DNA of 62,998 nt, filler included, from Dugesia japonica (taxonomy: Eukaryota): the NCBI GenBank assembly GCA_001938525.1. It is 6 parts of 6 records of this genome, joined end to end, with 100 filler letters (N's around TTAATTAATTAA, not from the genome) between each part and the next. Parts side by side here need not be neighbours in the genome. Positions count along the whole stretch, not along the records: positions 42,965 to 52,008 come from MQRL01610199.1; positions 52,109 to 62,998 come from MQRL01601696.1; 4 more parts are not named here. One strand, 5' to 3'. Shown here piece by piece: positions 49,365-62,998 of the stretch (positions within the stretch are counted from its first letter, which is position 1; each line of letters begins with the position of its first letter). Under the pieces are notes generated by a model. The model was not told the DNA's origin, ran no database searches, and saw only the letters and a list, made by a program, of their open reading frames with translations. The position numbers and the translations under genes were made by a program.

Positions 49365-50251
49365 TAATAAAGTTTTAAGTTGAATTAACTATATGTAGAC
49401 TTAATAATTTATTATTAATCTATTAATCTTTACTACGTGATTAATTATGATTTCTTTGAATTGGTTTTGAATGTTTATTTATTTTTCTTTTTTCCAATTT
49501 TCGATTTCTTTCAACAAATTATAAAAAAACAAACTAAAATTTAAATTCGCAATAAACTTAGATAATAACTTTTTTTTAAAAAAACAATGATAAATTGTTT
49601 GAAAAAAATATAAATGACGCCATTTAAAATTATATTATTGAACAAAATTCTGAAAATACTCTGAATACAAATTCTTATGGGTATAAAAACAAATATTCTA
49701 CGTTACAAAAATTTAGAAATATGATAATGCAAAATACTCAAGAAAAACACGATTTTATATGTTTTTATTTATGCTTTGTTTAATTGGAAATCTTTTTTGT
49801 TTTATTAATGGTTTAATAGTTATTTTAAAAAATTCAAATAAACTACAGTTTCTCTTATTTTCATTATTAATTGAATTAATAAGAATAATAAAAATAAATA
49901 TTTGGAAAAATATTCTTCAAAATATAATANAAATAAAATATATAATATTTTCATCAATAAATTTTTCGTTCTTTTTGAAAGATAAAATTTGATTGAGTAT
50001 TTCCTTTATTTCTTAAAAATATTTAATATTTGCTAATTATTAATATATTTAACAGCTTCTATAATTAACTAATTATTTATTTTAATAGTTATAATAAATA
50101 ATTATTGATAAAAAATATGTAAGTAAAAAGTCATAAAATAAAAATTAATCATAAGCAAATATTTATTTTGATTTTAGATAATAGAAATAAATTTTGTTTG
50201 AAACTTCAAAATTATTGTGTTTGTATTTTAAATTAATTATAATGTTTTTAG

Positions 50252-51227
50252 ATGCAATAATCGCCGAATTCAATGGATATCAATTTATGAGAATTAAATT
50301 TCCAAATACATACAAATCAGAAGTGGAAAGTTTTAAATTAAGATTTAAATCCAAACTTCCAAACGGGCTTATTTTGTCTACTCAAAATCAGTTTTCTGGT
50401 AACACTGACAAACTGGAAATATTTATGCAAAATGGCAGTATTTACATTTTAGTAAATTTTGGAAAAGGAAATAAAGTTAATTTAATTATATTTTATCGTA
50501 AAATTTAAAATAATTAATAATAATAATGACCGTTTTTTGAAAGAAAATCAGAGGTGTCAACAAAAAATTTTTTTTTAATAATGCTGTACAAATGTAATGA
50601 GTAACATAATTTCTAAATACTAATGACCTCTATTGTTATATTTCACGGCTTCACAATCAAGTGAAATATTATATAACAATAAATAATTGTTTGAGTAAAC
50701 TTAATTTCAGAGAAGTGAGAAATTTCAATATTTTTAATAAAAAAAAATAAAAAATTTAATCAGATTCTTTCTTTTATTATCCAATAAAATTCAGTTAATC
50801 CAGATAAAGCAAATATTCAAATCAAATAAATGGTTATTAGATTGTGTGACTCACATGTTGAACACCCGTGTTATGCAATTTTCTTAAATTAAACAAAGTT
50901 TTTTGTATTTGATTATTTCTTGCATTACTGCCATCTGTTAGTTATTAGTTTTTAATAGTGACATCTGTTCATATGTACATTGCATGTGCATCTCATCTTA
51001 TAGTGTTAATTGTTGACGTTTTTGACTCTCCCCCCCAGTTATCATTTATATATAATGTAAATATTATTATTTATAATAATAATCATAAATAATTTAACAA
51101 TAAGTTTTGATTATTAAGAAATTTAAAACAAATGAAAATTGTTTTGATGATAAATGGCATTCGATGAAAATGGAAAGGCAAAAAAAGAAATTAAAAGTTT
51201 GGATTGATGAAAATTTTTATGAATTTA
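50252..51227 (+). CDS. Two exons (50252-50475, 51119-51227) of a laminin-G/LNS domain, neurexin-like
   Basis: AIIAEFNGYQFMRIKFPNTYKSEVESFKLRFKSKLPNGLILST...DKLEIFMQNGSIYILVNFGKG | ...FDDKWHSMKMERQKKKLKVWID resembles alpha-neurexin LNS4. Confidence 0.8.
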
Positions 51228-52008
51228 GTAAGTATTTTTTGTATCAGTTTATTATTACAATTTGACGAATGTTTTAAATTATTTATATATTGTTTTAGAA
51301 TTGAAACAAAATTTCTTCATTTAAAATGAATTCATATGTTAGAAAATGACAAACATTATTAATTATTTAAGAATTTAATAATGTCATGATTGTAAAATAT
51401 TTTCATAAATTATTTATTAATCATTTTAAAGAGAATTATTTTCTTTCAAAATATCTAGTTTCTATAAATAAAATTGACAGTTACTAAGTTTCATAAATTA
51501 TTCTAATTAAAATATTTGATTTACACAAATTCTAAATCGATTTTTCTTTCCAATTACGACAATATTATTCCAATTCTTTTTTTTAAATCTTTCTAACCCT
51601 TTTAAGAAATATCTCAGGCCATACGAAATTTTTAAATTTTATAGAGTGTATTTAAATTATTAATGTACAATAAAATTTGTAATTAAAATTATTTAGTATT
51701 TTATTTTTGACTTTTAAATTAAAATTAATATTATTATAGTATATATTACGATACATTTTTTCAAAAATGTATTATGGAAGATTTTAAATATGTAAATATT
51801 AAATTAGATATTTTTTAAATATAAATGAAAACGTATTTTATGCATGTATAAATATTTGAATATCTTAAAACATTCTCTCATTAAAATATTAATTAAACTT
51901 GATTTGTTTGAATATTCTGAATATTCATCTTTCTCAACTTTAAACAAAAATGAAAACAATTTTTGATTAAATAAATACTCATGGAGACTTGCGATATTGT
52001 TAACCAAA

Positions 52009-52108
52009 NNNNNNNNNNNNNNNNNNNNNNNNNNNNNNNNNNNNNNNNNNNNTTAATTAATTAANNNNNNNNNNNNNNNNNNNNNNNNNNNNNNNNNNNN
52101 NNNNNNNN
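52009..52108. other. Artificial scaffold spacer
   Basis: N44-TTAATTAATTAA-N44. Confidence 0.95.
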
Positions 52109-53375
52109 ATTTATGATATGAAATATGATATAGCGTTCCGTGATCTTTTAACTTTAGCAACATATAATGTTATATTTCTTTTAATTGATGAATGGTATAG
52201 GCAAGTTGTGTTTGTTTCCCCAGAATGAATTTAACTGTATCACTTTTATTCTCGAATTCTTCTCCTACCTTTATCGTACCTACGATTTCGACAGGGCTAT
52301 TGTTAGCACATCTAAAATGATCTTCACTTTTTAATATATTGACTTATCTAAATCTTTCAAAAATTTTCAAACTCATCACATTAACTCTTGCTTCAGTGTC
52401 TAACAAGCAATCAACTTTTACATCTTGTATTTCAACTGTTATACTTGGTCTACCTGGAATCTTGTCATACATTATCAATTGTCGCTTTCTTTTTTCTATC
52501 GTAAGAATTTCATTGCCGCCTTCTTAATTTATACCATTGATCATCTTTAGTTGGCCTCTAATCAAAACGAGTTTCTCTAATAACTTTTCCTATTACATCA
52601 TTGTACTCATCTACTCGTTTATCCTCCTTTCTTAGCGATTTTTGGGGATTCTTAATTCAACACTCCGACAAATTCGACTTCGGTCAGAGCTTTGCCATTT
52701 GAGTATTCATCTTTATAAATATTGGTCCTTTTCTACATTTAAAATATCTTCCATTTTTCTCAATTGAATTAACGTGACATACGTTTCTTCTTGTGTAATT
52801 ATACATATTGTTCGGATAATATCTTTGTTTGCCATTTCCGAATTCTTTTCTGACATGACCACTCTTATTCGGATAAATAAACTGCCTGCTCATATTTGAG
52901 TAACAATCCTCTGTGGTGTCTTTTCTTGTTGCATCTTGAACAACTATCTTTGGTACAATATCTTCTTAGGTGTTGTTCAGACCCACAAGCATAGCACTTT
53001 TTTTCTATCTAGACAATTTCTGCTTAAAAGACCAATTTTGTTACAGTTCCCACATGTGATTTCTCGTCTTTCGTTATTTATGTTCCGCGAACAGTATTAC
53101 TGTAACTACGACTACATTTATTTCTTCAGTTTTTACTTCTTCTTTTATGTCTTCCCACTCTTTTATTGTTTTAAATAATTCTTTTACTTTGTCAATTTTT
53201 ACTGATTTTATCTTATGTTTCATCTTACAGTCATTGAAACTATTCATTATTAGCTCTTTTGTTAAATCATCTTTGTTTCATTTATGAGCTAATAACTTCG
53301 CTACCATTTCTTCTATTTTCTTCTTATAGATACTCATATGCTCTCAATTTTCTTCCTCGTCGTTGCCATTAATCA
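52109..53375 (-). mobile_element. Ty3/gypsy gag-protease remnant
   Basis: Several decayed CCHC knuckles (ITCGNCNKIGLLSRNC; NKSGHVRKE; YFKCRKGPI) and protease DVKVDCLLDTEARVNV. Confidence 0.8.
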
Positions 53376-53384
53376 TTTTTCAGA

Positions 53385-53473
53385 ATTCATTAAAACAAAA
53401 CCTTCGAACAAGTAATTTTTGTGTTTTTGATAATAATTATAATTTTTGACTTTGTCTACGTCAGGAATTGACT
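53385..53473 (-). repeat. Copy of the hammerhead-bearing dispersed repeat
   Basis: Minus strand gtcaattc CTGACGT A GAC aaa GTC AAAA at TA taatt...ttgttcgaaggttttgttttaatgaa. Confidence 0.75.
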
Positions 53474-53609
53474 GTTATTTATCAAATTAAAAAATTCTCC
53501 AAATATCCATTATCTATGAATTACTCTTACAATCTATCTGGTCGTTAAATCAAATATATTGATTGTAGGTTTAAATTTTCTAATCAATATCTTGATGTAT
53601 AAATCTATG

Positions 53610-53800
53610 CATTTATCTACCCGCCTATCCATTGATTTATTCATCTATCTATCCATTGATTAATTCATTTGTATATCTATTGATTTATTCATCTATACAT
53701 TTATCAATCCATTGATTTATCCATCTATACATTGATTTATCAATCAATACATTGATTTATCCATCTATATATTTATCAATCCATTGATTTATATCTATCT
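53610..53800. repeat. Minisatellite (atccattgatttat[c/t]catctat)n
   Basis: About 7 degenerate tandem units. Confidence 0.85.
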
Positions 53801-54094
53801 ATTAATTTGAAAGTGTTGAAAGTATAATTTTTCGGTTTGTAAAAAACAAAATTGAAAAAAGGCTCACTTTCAACTCTATTAATCTATTCAACACTATCTC
53901 TATCTCTATATATTACCAATTAATTTATCAATACTCATAATTGAAAAAGATTCTTGAAAATCGTTCATCATAAAATATCTTGTTTTTAAAAACCTTTAAC
54001 TATTGATTTCGTAATTCTACCAAAATCAATTTTTAATTCAATTATTAAACTATTAATAAAATTGAATTTAAATTTGAAAACCAACTAAGAATAC

Positions 54095-54696
54095 CTATGA
54101 ACCAATCCATTTTCATGAATATAAGCCAAACCACGAATAACATCTTTCAAAATCGTTGCAATAATAGCTTCATCAAACACCCCACATGTAATATCCCGTT
54201 TCGACTGTGTTCTTTTAATAATATCTAACAAAGATCCTATTTTAAAAAATCGATTAAATCGGTATCGAACTAAATAAAAAACCTCTTTGGCACAAATCCA
54301 TAATAATACACAACTCAGTACCATTTACAAATGAAGCATAATATGTCACAATATTTTCATTTTTCATATTTCTCATACTTTTTATTTCTCTCTACAAAAT
54401 CAATATTATATTTTTAAGAGAAAATAATTCTATTACTTTTATTTCCTCTAGTAATGTGGAGCTGCTACATTTTTCTAAATTGATTATTTTCATGGCACAT
54501 AAGCGACTATTCAACGATACACATTCAGCTTCATAAACATTCGATGTTGCACCCTGACCTAAATTTATACTTAATAAAATATCAATATTTAACTTTAAAA
54601 ATACCAATTGATCGAATTATTTTATAATCTTCTTTTTTATTGGACCAAAGAATTGGTTGCATAAAACCATCTGTAGAACAGGTATCAGAAAACCCT
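54095..54696 (-). CDS. STE20-family kinase, OSR1/SPAK (fray)-like; four N-terminal kinase-domain exons
   Basis: WSNKKEDYKIIRSI|GQGATSNVYEAECV...AMKIINLEKC...|REIKSMRNMKNENIVTYYASFV...|GSLLDIIK...GVFDEAIIATILKDVIRGLAYIHENGLVHR; ~45-bp GT-AG introns. Confidence 0.9.
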
Positions 54697-57099
54697 AAAT
54701 TAAAACAAACGTCAAGTTTTACGTAAAATTGTTTCAATTATTTTAATTTAAAATCTACATATCAGAATAAAAATAAAAATTTTACAAAAACTAAGTAATT
54801 TTTCGCATATTCGGAATTCGGAAATTTGAAAACTAGAAATTTAATTTTTAACTTTTTGAGTTAGACAAAAAGTAGCACACAAAAAGATAGATTAAATTAA
54901 AGTTTTTAGTCTTAAAGTTAGTTATCTGAAAAAATTAATATTTTATTTTATATTCATTACGAAGAACAGTAGTTTCTTATGACTTTTATATACTAGTTTA
55001 AAGAAAATAACAAATTTATAAAGTCTGGTGTTCTAAAATATGGAAACAAAAATAAGAGAAAATAAAGTCAATCAACTTTTTATCAAACCAAAAATATTTA
55101 TTAGTGATAAATTATTATGGGAAATAATGTTTTTTTTAGATAAATTTAATGAAAAAATATTAACTTTTAAAAATAAAAAATGACAACATTTGTAAATTTA
55201 AAACGAGAATTAAAATATATTATAACAAAGTGAGGAATCTAGAAACAGGCATTTAAACTATGATAATTGAATCACAAAATGGATGAAACAATACATCTTT
55301 GTAGGTGATATTTTATTTTTATACAATAATGTATTAACCGTTATAGACTAACGTCCCATTTGTCGGACAAGTACAATAATTTTTTTATGTGTATATATAG
55401 CATATTCTGATACTCCCATGTTCCAGAATCCTATTTGTAGGGCAGTTCAAGATCCAATACTGGAAAGAGATAAAAAATTGTATTTATAATAGACGTATAT
55501 AAAAAATTTAATATCAACATATAAATAAGTTTGGCGTTGAGTTAAAGATTTTTCTGTTTAACTTGACCTTAAATATTAGGTCTTTTAACCAAAAAATCAA
55601 TAATTGAAACGCGATAGAAACTCTTAATAAATTAACATTTTGTAAAGGACACAAAATTGCACTTTACTAATTTCATTTGATTTCGTGGTATTTTCCTAAA
55701 CTTTTCCTCAAAAAAAGCTACATAAATATCTGAACACTTTCTAATAATTGCGAATACATAACTCAAGTGAGTGAAAAGTTAAACCTTTTAATAAAAATCA
55801 TTTTTTTCAATATGAAAAACCATACCAGATAGGGTGGTTCGTGTCAACACATTAATTGGAAATAAAGTTTCCAAATAGTTTAAAATCTATGAGAATAGAG
55901 TGGCTAAATAGATGGGAAACGTTTTGAATGAGAATAGTTAAGAAAATTTAAAGAGATTTGTTCCAATAATACGTATAACAAGCAGACATTTCATTAATTA
56001 CTTTTAGTAATTGATTATATATTATTCGATTATGAAGATGGATGTAACTCCGTAAAATGAATTAACGTAAATTGTTTCTAAATGAATAAAATGAGATAAA
56101 ATACATCAAATCTTGGTATATTTAGATGATCAATATTATTCACAGTAACTTATTTTTTCACATTAATTTCAAAACAATTTAATTCTTTTCAATAGCTTTA
56201 TTAATTTTAAAGTTCAAACATTTCACTGTAAATATTTTTTAATTATGACTGATTTAAATTTGAAGTTTTCTTTTCGCTCATCCCAAAGAATAATACTTGA
56301 TATAAATATTTTAAAGATTTTTCTTTTGATAAAAAATAAAATGCTATTTTAAACAAAATAATATTTTTTCAAATATTATAATTATTAACTGTACAAAAGT
56401 GCTTTATAAATTTCGGAAAATATTCATAATTATACCATGTTAAATCAATTTTGTACGTCAGGACAATTTCTACTAAATTTCATATATTGAAAATATCATC
56501 ATAGCTTTGACAAAATAAAAGTTCATAAATATAATAAATGAAAACAATTTATTCATTAATAAATGTTGGCTCGATTTATGGAAATTTCCAATTTTCAACG
56601 GTATCATATTTTCATCTATGACATATAAAATTACCGTACAAATATCAGGACAGTGAAATGTGATTTATTACATGCGGATCTGTATTAATTCTTCAAACAG
56701 GTATTTCCAAATTCTATGTTTGAATCATGGTAAATTTAGTGATGTTTGAAAGATAACTTACAGCTATTTTAATTGAAAACTTTTTTCCATGAAATTCTAT
56801 TTTTTCAATGAATGAAGTATTAAAACTTATTAATTGTCTTATTGTACGTTAAATAATATCAGATGATTTCCATCTTGGGTAACATGATATCAAATTTAGC
56901 TAAACAATGAATATTTCCAAACAATATGCTCATTTTAATTAATATACCCATATTAATAATATGTTCATTTTAAAAAAAACTTTTGGTATATTATTTAATA
57001 TTATGTCCATCCAAATACTGTACAAATACAATATAACTATTTTACTGATAAAGACATTATAATAATGGAAACTTGATTTCAAATGTCTTATCAATTCTA

Positions 57100-57420
57100 T
57101 TCTCTGTCTATTCTCTGACAGCATTTTTATTGGTGAACAACTTTTTAAACAAAAAAGTGGTTTGACAATGTATAAAAATTTGTCTCCTATTTTAACAATA
57201 ATTTTTATGAACTTCATTCAAAATAGAATAACTCTCAAAGCTAAGAAGATACAACTTTGGATCAGATATATAGACAATATTTTTTTTGTTACTAATTCTC
57301 CTTTAGACAATATTAATGAAGTCTTCAAACACCTTCAACACAAACATAATATTTTACCAGAAAAACATCATATTTCATGGTAAACATTAGTAACAGGCTA
57401 CATTTCTACACTTCTCAGAA
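57100..57420 (+). mobile_element. Decayed Penelope-like RT fragment
   Basis: FKQKSGLTMYKNLSPILTIIFM...LWIRYIDNIFF resembles Q..G..MGSPLSP.LANIFM...W.RYVDDIF. Confidence 0.7.
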
Positions 57421-58113
57421 AAAAATAAACAAATATTGATCTAAGAGGATAAACTTAAGATCAATGTGATTTTCAATTATTGGCATAATTTTTTAAAACT
57501 TTCCTACCTTTAATAAACTAAAAATGTATACAGAGATTTAAATTTAACATTCGGCTACAACAAAAAACATTGTTAGAATTGTTAGTTGGGTTTTGAAAAC
57601 TCATCGAAGAGTTAACACCAGAATTCCAATTCATTACCACCATTTAATAAAATAAAAACTATAACCAACAATCTTTGTTAATCAAACAAATTAAAATCCC
57701 GTGTTTTAATTGGTGATCTTTTTTCTAAAATTAAAAATTGAAACTTTTATTTATTAAAAGTAATTTAATTTAATTCACCTAAAATCATTTTATTTATTGA
57801 TTTAATTTTCATTAAAAATTTACGAGAAAATTTTCACTCACTTTTAAAATTTTATTTATTAAAATTAATTTAATTTAATTCAATAATTNNNNNNNNNNNN
57901 NNNNNNNNNNNNNNNNNNNNNNNNNNNNNNNNNNNNNNNNNNNNNNNNNNNNNNNNNNNNNNNNNNNNNNNNNNNNNNNNNNNNNNNNNNNNNNNNNNNN
58001 NNNNNNNNNNNNNNNNNNNNNNNNNNNNNNNNNNNNNNNNNNNNNNNNNNNNNNNNNNNNNNNNNNNNNNNNNNNNNNNNNNNNNNNNNNNNNNNNNNNN
58101 NNNNNNNNNNNNN

Positions 58114-58195
58114 AAGGTCGAAATATCGAATTGTTATCCAATATCAATAAAAAACCAAAATTTTGATCAAAGCTTTTATATTAAATGGAATATTT
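58114..58195 (+). repeat. Copy of the hammerhead-bearing dispersed repeat (5' half in gap)
   Basis: GTC GAAA ta TC gaattg ... ttttgatcaaagcttttatattaaatg. Confidence 0.7.
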
Positions 58196-59589
58196 GTTTA
58201 TTTAAATTTTTCATCAATAATTTAAATCTCTCTTAAACAAAAGATTTAAAAATTAAGACCACCAATCACACAAAAAATTCAACTTGCTTTTCAAAACACC
58301 TCACAAGAATAAAAAGTAACTTGGTTGTTGTTAAAGTGCACCATTATACTTCAAGACAAATTTATTGGACAGCACTTATTTTATTACATTAATAATAAAA
58401 TACTGGTTTCAATCCAGAATAAATAACATAAAATAATCTTCACATTTGATTCACAACATTAGCTACATTTCTGATAAATTTCTATAATTTTAGAAAAACT
58501 TTCAATATTCATGAAAAAAATTCACCGAAATTTTTGATAAATGGAGAATTTCGGTTTTTTCTAGAATGGAATTAGAAATTGAATTTTATTAATTTAAAAA
58601 ATTAAATAAAATGTATTTATGATAATAGTGTAGTACATTTTCAATAAGTCAAAATATTGTTTTATATTGAGTTTTTCAACTTCTTCATCAGAGATTATTT
58701 GTCCACCAATTGTAATTGTAAAAATAAAAATTTATACTAAAACAAATGACTCAACTTTATTCTTTAGAAATAAATTAATTTTTGGCTCCAGCAAATCACG
58801 ATTAGAATAATTTCTATTTTTATACCTAAAAGATATTTAAGATATTCATTTTTAAGGACCAAATTTTCCTCATTTTGAAAAAAATATTTAGAGAATAATA
58901 TTTATTGTAATCAAATTTGTATTGACACTCTGTTTCAGCTTATTTATAAAAACTTTGCCAATTACTTATTAGATAATAAAATATATACATCATTTATAAA
59001 TTCATGTCAAAAGAAAATTTTTTGTATAAGTTTCGATTCTTGGAAGAATATGTACTGTAATTATTTTTTTTAATACTTAAAAAAACTTTATATACTTAAA
59101 GTTAAATAATGCTTACTAAATAAATTTATAAAGTAATGGGATTTTTAATTTATATACAAAAATTATGCAGTTTAACTGAGCTCTGAAGTCAAATCAGTTC
59201 AATTGAAAAGGTTGATAAGTTTATAAGCTATAACAACTTGGTAAAATTAAATCAAACTATACCTAGACAATTTTATATTTCAAAAAAATATTAATTTACG
59301 ACTTTAGCCCGAATCACATTTAAAACTTTGACATTTCATGATATAAATAACTAGCATATATGACAACGGGTGGTTTTCTAGTTCTATCATTACTATCCAA
59401 CAACAGACCAGTTCAAAAATCGTGCAGTATAATTATATTTTCAACAATAATTTATTATATGATAAAAGTAGACATTCAAAATTACTAAGTTATAAATAAT
59501 TACGATATATTTTTAAATTAAATTGATGATTAAAGAAATNNNNNNNNNNNNNNNNNNNNNNNNNNNNNNNNNNNNNNNNNNNNNNNNNN

Positions 59590-59657
<68 letters not shown>

Positions 59658-59689
59658 ATTTAACACGCTATTTAATTAAATATTTATTT

Positions 59690-59732
59690 AGCACAGCAAG
59701 TTTCGACAGCATATCTGTCAGCTTCAGGAAAA
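59690..59732 (-). ncRNA. Hammerhead motif in the inverted Penelope pLTR (A9C)
   Basis: CTGAAGC T GACAG atatg CTGTC GAAA cttg. Confidence 0.6.
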
Positions 59733-61132
59733 CTGTTTAAAACGCAGAATAGAGTATATATACTCAAGTTCCGCATTATGCAATCGATTATGTAATAATC
59801 TCAATAAAATTCCAATTAATTAAAGACATTCAATAAAGATTTATTGATACCAGTTTGGACATTAATTTTGGATCATATGATCTAATCATCAATGCTTTGC
59901 ACATGATTCTTTCACAATAATCTTTTAAATTTCTGTACAGAATTTTGAAATTATTAATATTTATAACTGAATTACACTGAATATTGTGTTCGGCAATATT
60001 ACTGTAACTACCTAACCGACTATGTTCCTGAATCCTTTTAGAGAGATGACGGGAAGCCTCTCCAATGTAAGTGGCATTACACCCATTACACTCATATTTA
60101 TAAATAAGATTAGAAACCAATNCACAAGGAGTCTTAAATTTATTACTGAACGAATATTGAATTTTTTCAATTTTTTTCTAAATTATATGAATTCTTTACA
60201 CTCGAATACAAAGTGCACAACTAAAATGGAACGTAATGGTAAATTTCCTTTTCTTGATTTATTATTAGAAAGGAAATCTGACCAAAATGAGACAGAAATC
60301 TACCGAAAGCCAACTGATACTGGTTTATATACAATACCTGGTAGTTTCTGTGGATCTCGATATAAATTTAATATGATTAAAGGTTTAATATATAGATCTT
60401 GGATTGTCTCTTCTTCTTTTTCGAAGTCGTGTGTAAATATTCAAACCTTGAGTTTTTGTTAAATAAAAATGAGTATTCTAAGAAAGATTAACGTACGAAA
60501 CGATTGATAAAATTATTCTAAATACGAATAATAATTTAAACGATAAAAATGTTATTAAAGATCCAGATAAATCTAATAAAATTGAGAAAAAATTAGTTGT
60601 TTTAAATATTCAGTATTCTGAGGGCTTTAAAGATTTTAAAAATGGTTTGCTAAAATATTCAGTAAATCTTCCAAATTTTCAGATTGTGTCACGGTCTTTT
60701 AAACTTATAAGTGCGTTCAGTAATAAGTCTAGACTCATTGTGGATTGGTTTCTAATCTTATTTATAAATATGAGTGTAATGGGTGTAATGCCACTTACAT
60801 TGGAGAGGCTTCCCGTCATCTCTCTAAAAGGATTCAGGAACATAGTCGGTAAGGTAGTTACAGTAATATTTCCGAACACAATATTCAATGTAATTCAGTT
60901 ATAAATATTAATAATTTCCAAATTCTGTACAGAAATTTTAAAAATTATTGTGAAAGAATCATGTGCAAAGCATTGATGATTCGATCATATGATCCAAAAT
61001 TAATGTCCAAACTGGTATCAATAAATCTTTATTGAATGTCTTTAATTAATTGAAATTTTATTGAGACTATTGCATAATTGATTGCAAAATGCGGAACTTG
61101 AGTATATATAATCTATTCTTCGTTTTAAACAG

Positions 61133-61175
61133 TTTGCCTGAAGATGACAGATATACTGTCAAAACTTGTTGTAAT
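61133..61175 (+). ncRNA. Hammerhead motif in the Penelope pLTR (G12A)
   Basis: ttgc CTGAAGA T GACAG atata CTGTC AAAA cttg TT gtaa. Confidence 0.6.
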
Positions 61176-61739
61176 AAATAAATATTTAATTAAAAAGCGT
61201 GTAAAATTATTTATAAATAGATTGCCATTATTCTTTAACTTTTTTAATAGTAATAATATCAAATACTGTAAATATGTATTCAAGCTATTTATAATATTTT
61301 ATAACCAATATTTATTTGATAATAATAGCTTATTTCATAAAATTAATGGCTTACAATAATTGTAAAATATAGTAAAATAATAAAATAGTTTTTCAAATAC
61401 TCAAAATAATTTAGTTTTTAATAACCCTTACAGACCTAGAGCCCATTGCAATGTACAATAATTTGAACGTTTATTTTGAAGGTTATTTTTCGTTTCATTA
61501 TCACTGGGACCTTTGGCACATCATAGTGCACAACTTATTTATTAATCAATATATTCACATGTGTTTCTCACCCGTGTTGTCCCACTTAACAGAATTCTAT
61601 AAAGCATATTTTTTTCATCCAAAAATAAAAAGGTTAATTAAAAATTATAAATAACTCACAAATTTTTATTAAATTTTTTACTTAGAATAAGATTAAGACT
61701 TAAACTCCATGTGTAGTCATATTTATAAACAAATACTTT

Positions 61740-62411
61740 AAAATGACAATTTTATCTGTGTGCATTTCTGCTTGAACTTCAACCTGTTACTCGTCTGAAT
61801 CCCTGTGTTAAAATATAACTTATAATAGACAAGTTAATATTGGACAATCGGCGACGTTCCGTACAATTGTTGGATGAAACTCCGAAACATTTTCCAAAAC
61901 CAAATTTACACTAAAAAAGATTATGTTGACTGTTTGGTGGTTCACGGATGTCCTGATATATCAGTTTTTTAAATCCAGGTAAAATTATTACAACAGGGAA
62001 ATTCTACAAGCAGATGAAAGAAATCAATATGAAATCACAACGCATTAACCCCGCATTAATCAACAGAAAGGGTGCAATTATGTTACACAACAATTCCCAT
62101 CCACACAATTCACAAAGAACACCGCAGATATTAAAAGAGTTGGACTACAAAATTTTGACTAATCACCCATACTCGCCAGACCTCTCACCAAAAGACTTCT
62201 ATTTCTTTAAGGAAAAGTGCGGTAAAAAGTTCTTTTTCTATAGAAACTCAGACTTTTACTCAACTTATATCAATAAATTTGTTTTGCTTTGGCAGAAATA
62301 TATTGAATGTGTTGGTTTTTATTTTGAATAATATTGCTTATTTTGAGTTAAGTTATTGCGTTTTTATTTCTATAATTAAAAAAAGCGATATAATTTTTTC
62401 ACCAGCCTAAT
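61740..62411 (+). mobile_element. Mariner (cecropia-like) 3' half with TIR
   Basis: PKHFPKPNLH*KKIMLTVWW; MLHNNSHPH; HPYSPDLSPKDFYFF; WQKYIECVGFYFE; terminus ...ttttcaccagcctaa-TA. Confidence 0.9.
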
Positions 62412-62851
62412 AAATTAAAACTATTTATAAAAAAATATTAACAATTAAAACGCCGTAAATAATAATCTGCATCATTTGAATTTTCCATATACTACTCGGG
62501 TCTTAAATAAACTAAATATAAATCAATAATAGTAAAATATGAAATTATTCGTCTTTATTATTTAGTAATCGATTAATTTTTTAGATAATAATTAGTAGGT
62601 TTGTTCATAAGCCTTGAATTTTAAACGATATGCACTGTAAGAAATTCAATAATCAATAAATAAATAAATAATCAATTAATAAATATTTTTTGACAAAAGA
62701 ATAATTTTGTAAACATAATAGTTTGAATAAATAATTTCAGATGTAAATAATAATTTCATAAACAATTTAATACAAGTTTTAAAAATAAATAATATTGTTA
62801 TTCGTTATTATTATTATTAAAAAATAAATAACGCCAATTAAAATAAAACTT

Positions 62852-62895
62852 TATCGTTATATATTTCGACGGATCAACCGTCATCATTAGACAAA
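62852..62895 (-). ncRNA. Hammerhead motif (G5A), solo pLTR-like
   Basis: ttgt CTAATGA T GACGG ttgat CCGTC GAAA tata TA acga; stem II nearly identical to the 15330 copy. Confidence 0.6.
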
Positions 62896-62998
62896 AATGA
62901 AAAAAAAATAGAACTTGTTCGCTAAAGAGATATAAGAAACAATTATGTAAGAATTTTGATTTAGCTTACAATACGGGATTACTTCCTAATTATGTAAT

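Larger units (their letters stand above)
59657..61205 (+). mobile_element. 5'-truncated Penelope-like element with inverted partial duplication
   Basis: 60122-61205 (+): RT thumb (FLNYMNSLH...TTKMERNGKFPFLDLL...EIYRKPTDTG), GIY-YIG (LIYKYECNGCNATYIGEASRHL) and pLTR. 59657-60121 is an inverted copy of about 60741-61205. Confidence 0.92.

Noticed and set aside
55225-55490. Small three-exon gene on the + strand
   Set aside because: Splice-like sites exist, but the joined frame hits an early stop and shows no domain.
57590-57630. Additional hammerhead near the Penelope RT fragment
   Set aside because: A hairpin (aactc-atcgaa-gagtt) is present, but the CUGANGA and GAAA boxes cannot be placed.

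Overview
Very AT-rich animal genomic DNA, with 40-55 bp GT-AG introns, many (AAT)n microsatellites, and mariner and Penelope repeats. This resembles a triclad flatworm, but the species cannot be determined here. The window is not one locus: five 100-bp spacers (44 N + TTAATTAATTAA + 44 N) join six roughly 9-12 kb scaffolds (1-11924, 12025-22103, 22204-32789, 32890-42864, 42965-52008, 52109-62998). Host genes or gene parts: a doublecortin (DCDC2-like) exon, a protein with a TNKS1BP1-C-like motif, a coiled-coil protein, a C2H2/C2HC zinc-finger factor, neurexin-like LamG exons and an OSR1/SPAK-type STE20 kinase. The main accessory feature is a degraded endogenous Polinton/adintovirus-like element of about 7 kb. 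It carries a packaging ATPase, a protein-primed PolB with an EndoVII-like motif, a penton/minor capsid remnant and a possible Ulp1-type protease. It ends in three RFX X-boxes spaced exactly 31 bp apart with CCAAT and AGGTC motifs. The second notable system is a set of minimal type-I hammerhead ribozyme motifs. Some lie in Penelope pLTRs, and others lie in a short non-coding dispersed repeat family (at least 7 copies on 4 scaffolds, one with an intact core). The window also holds mariner, Chapaev3, hAT/MITE and Ty3/gypsy remnants. All calls come from manual motif recognition; no searches were run.
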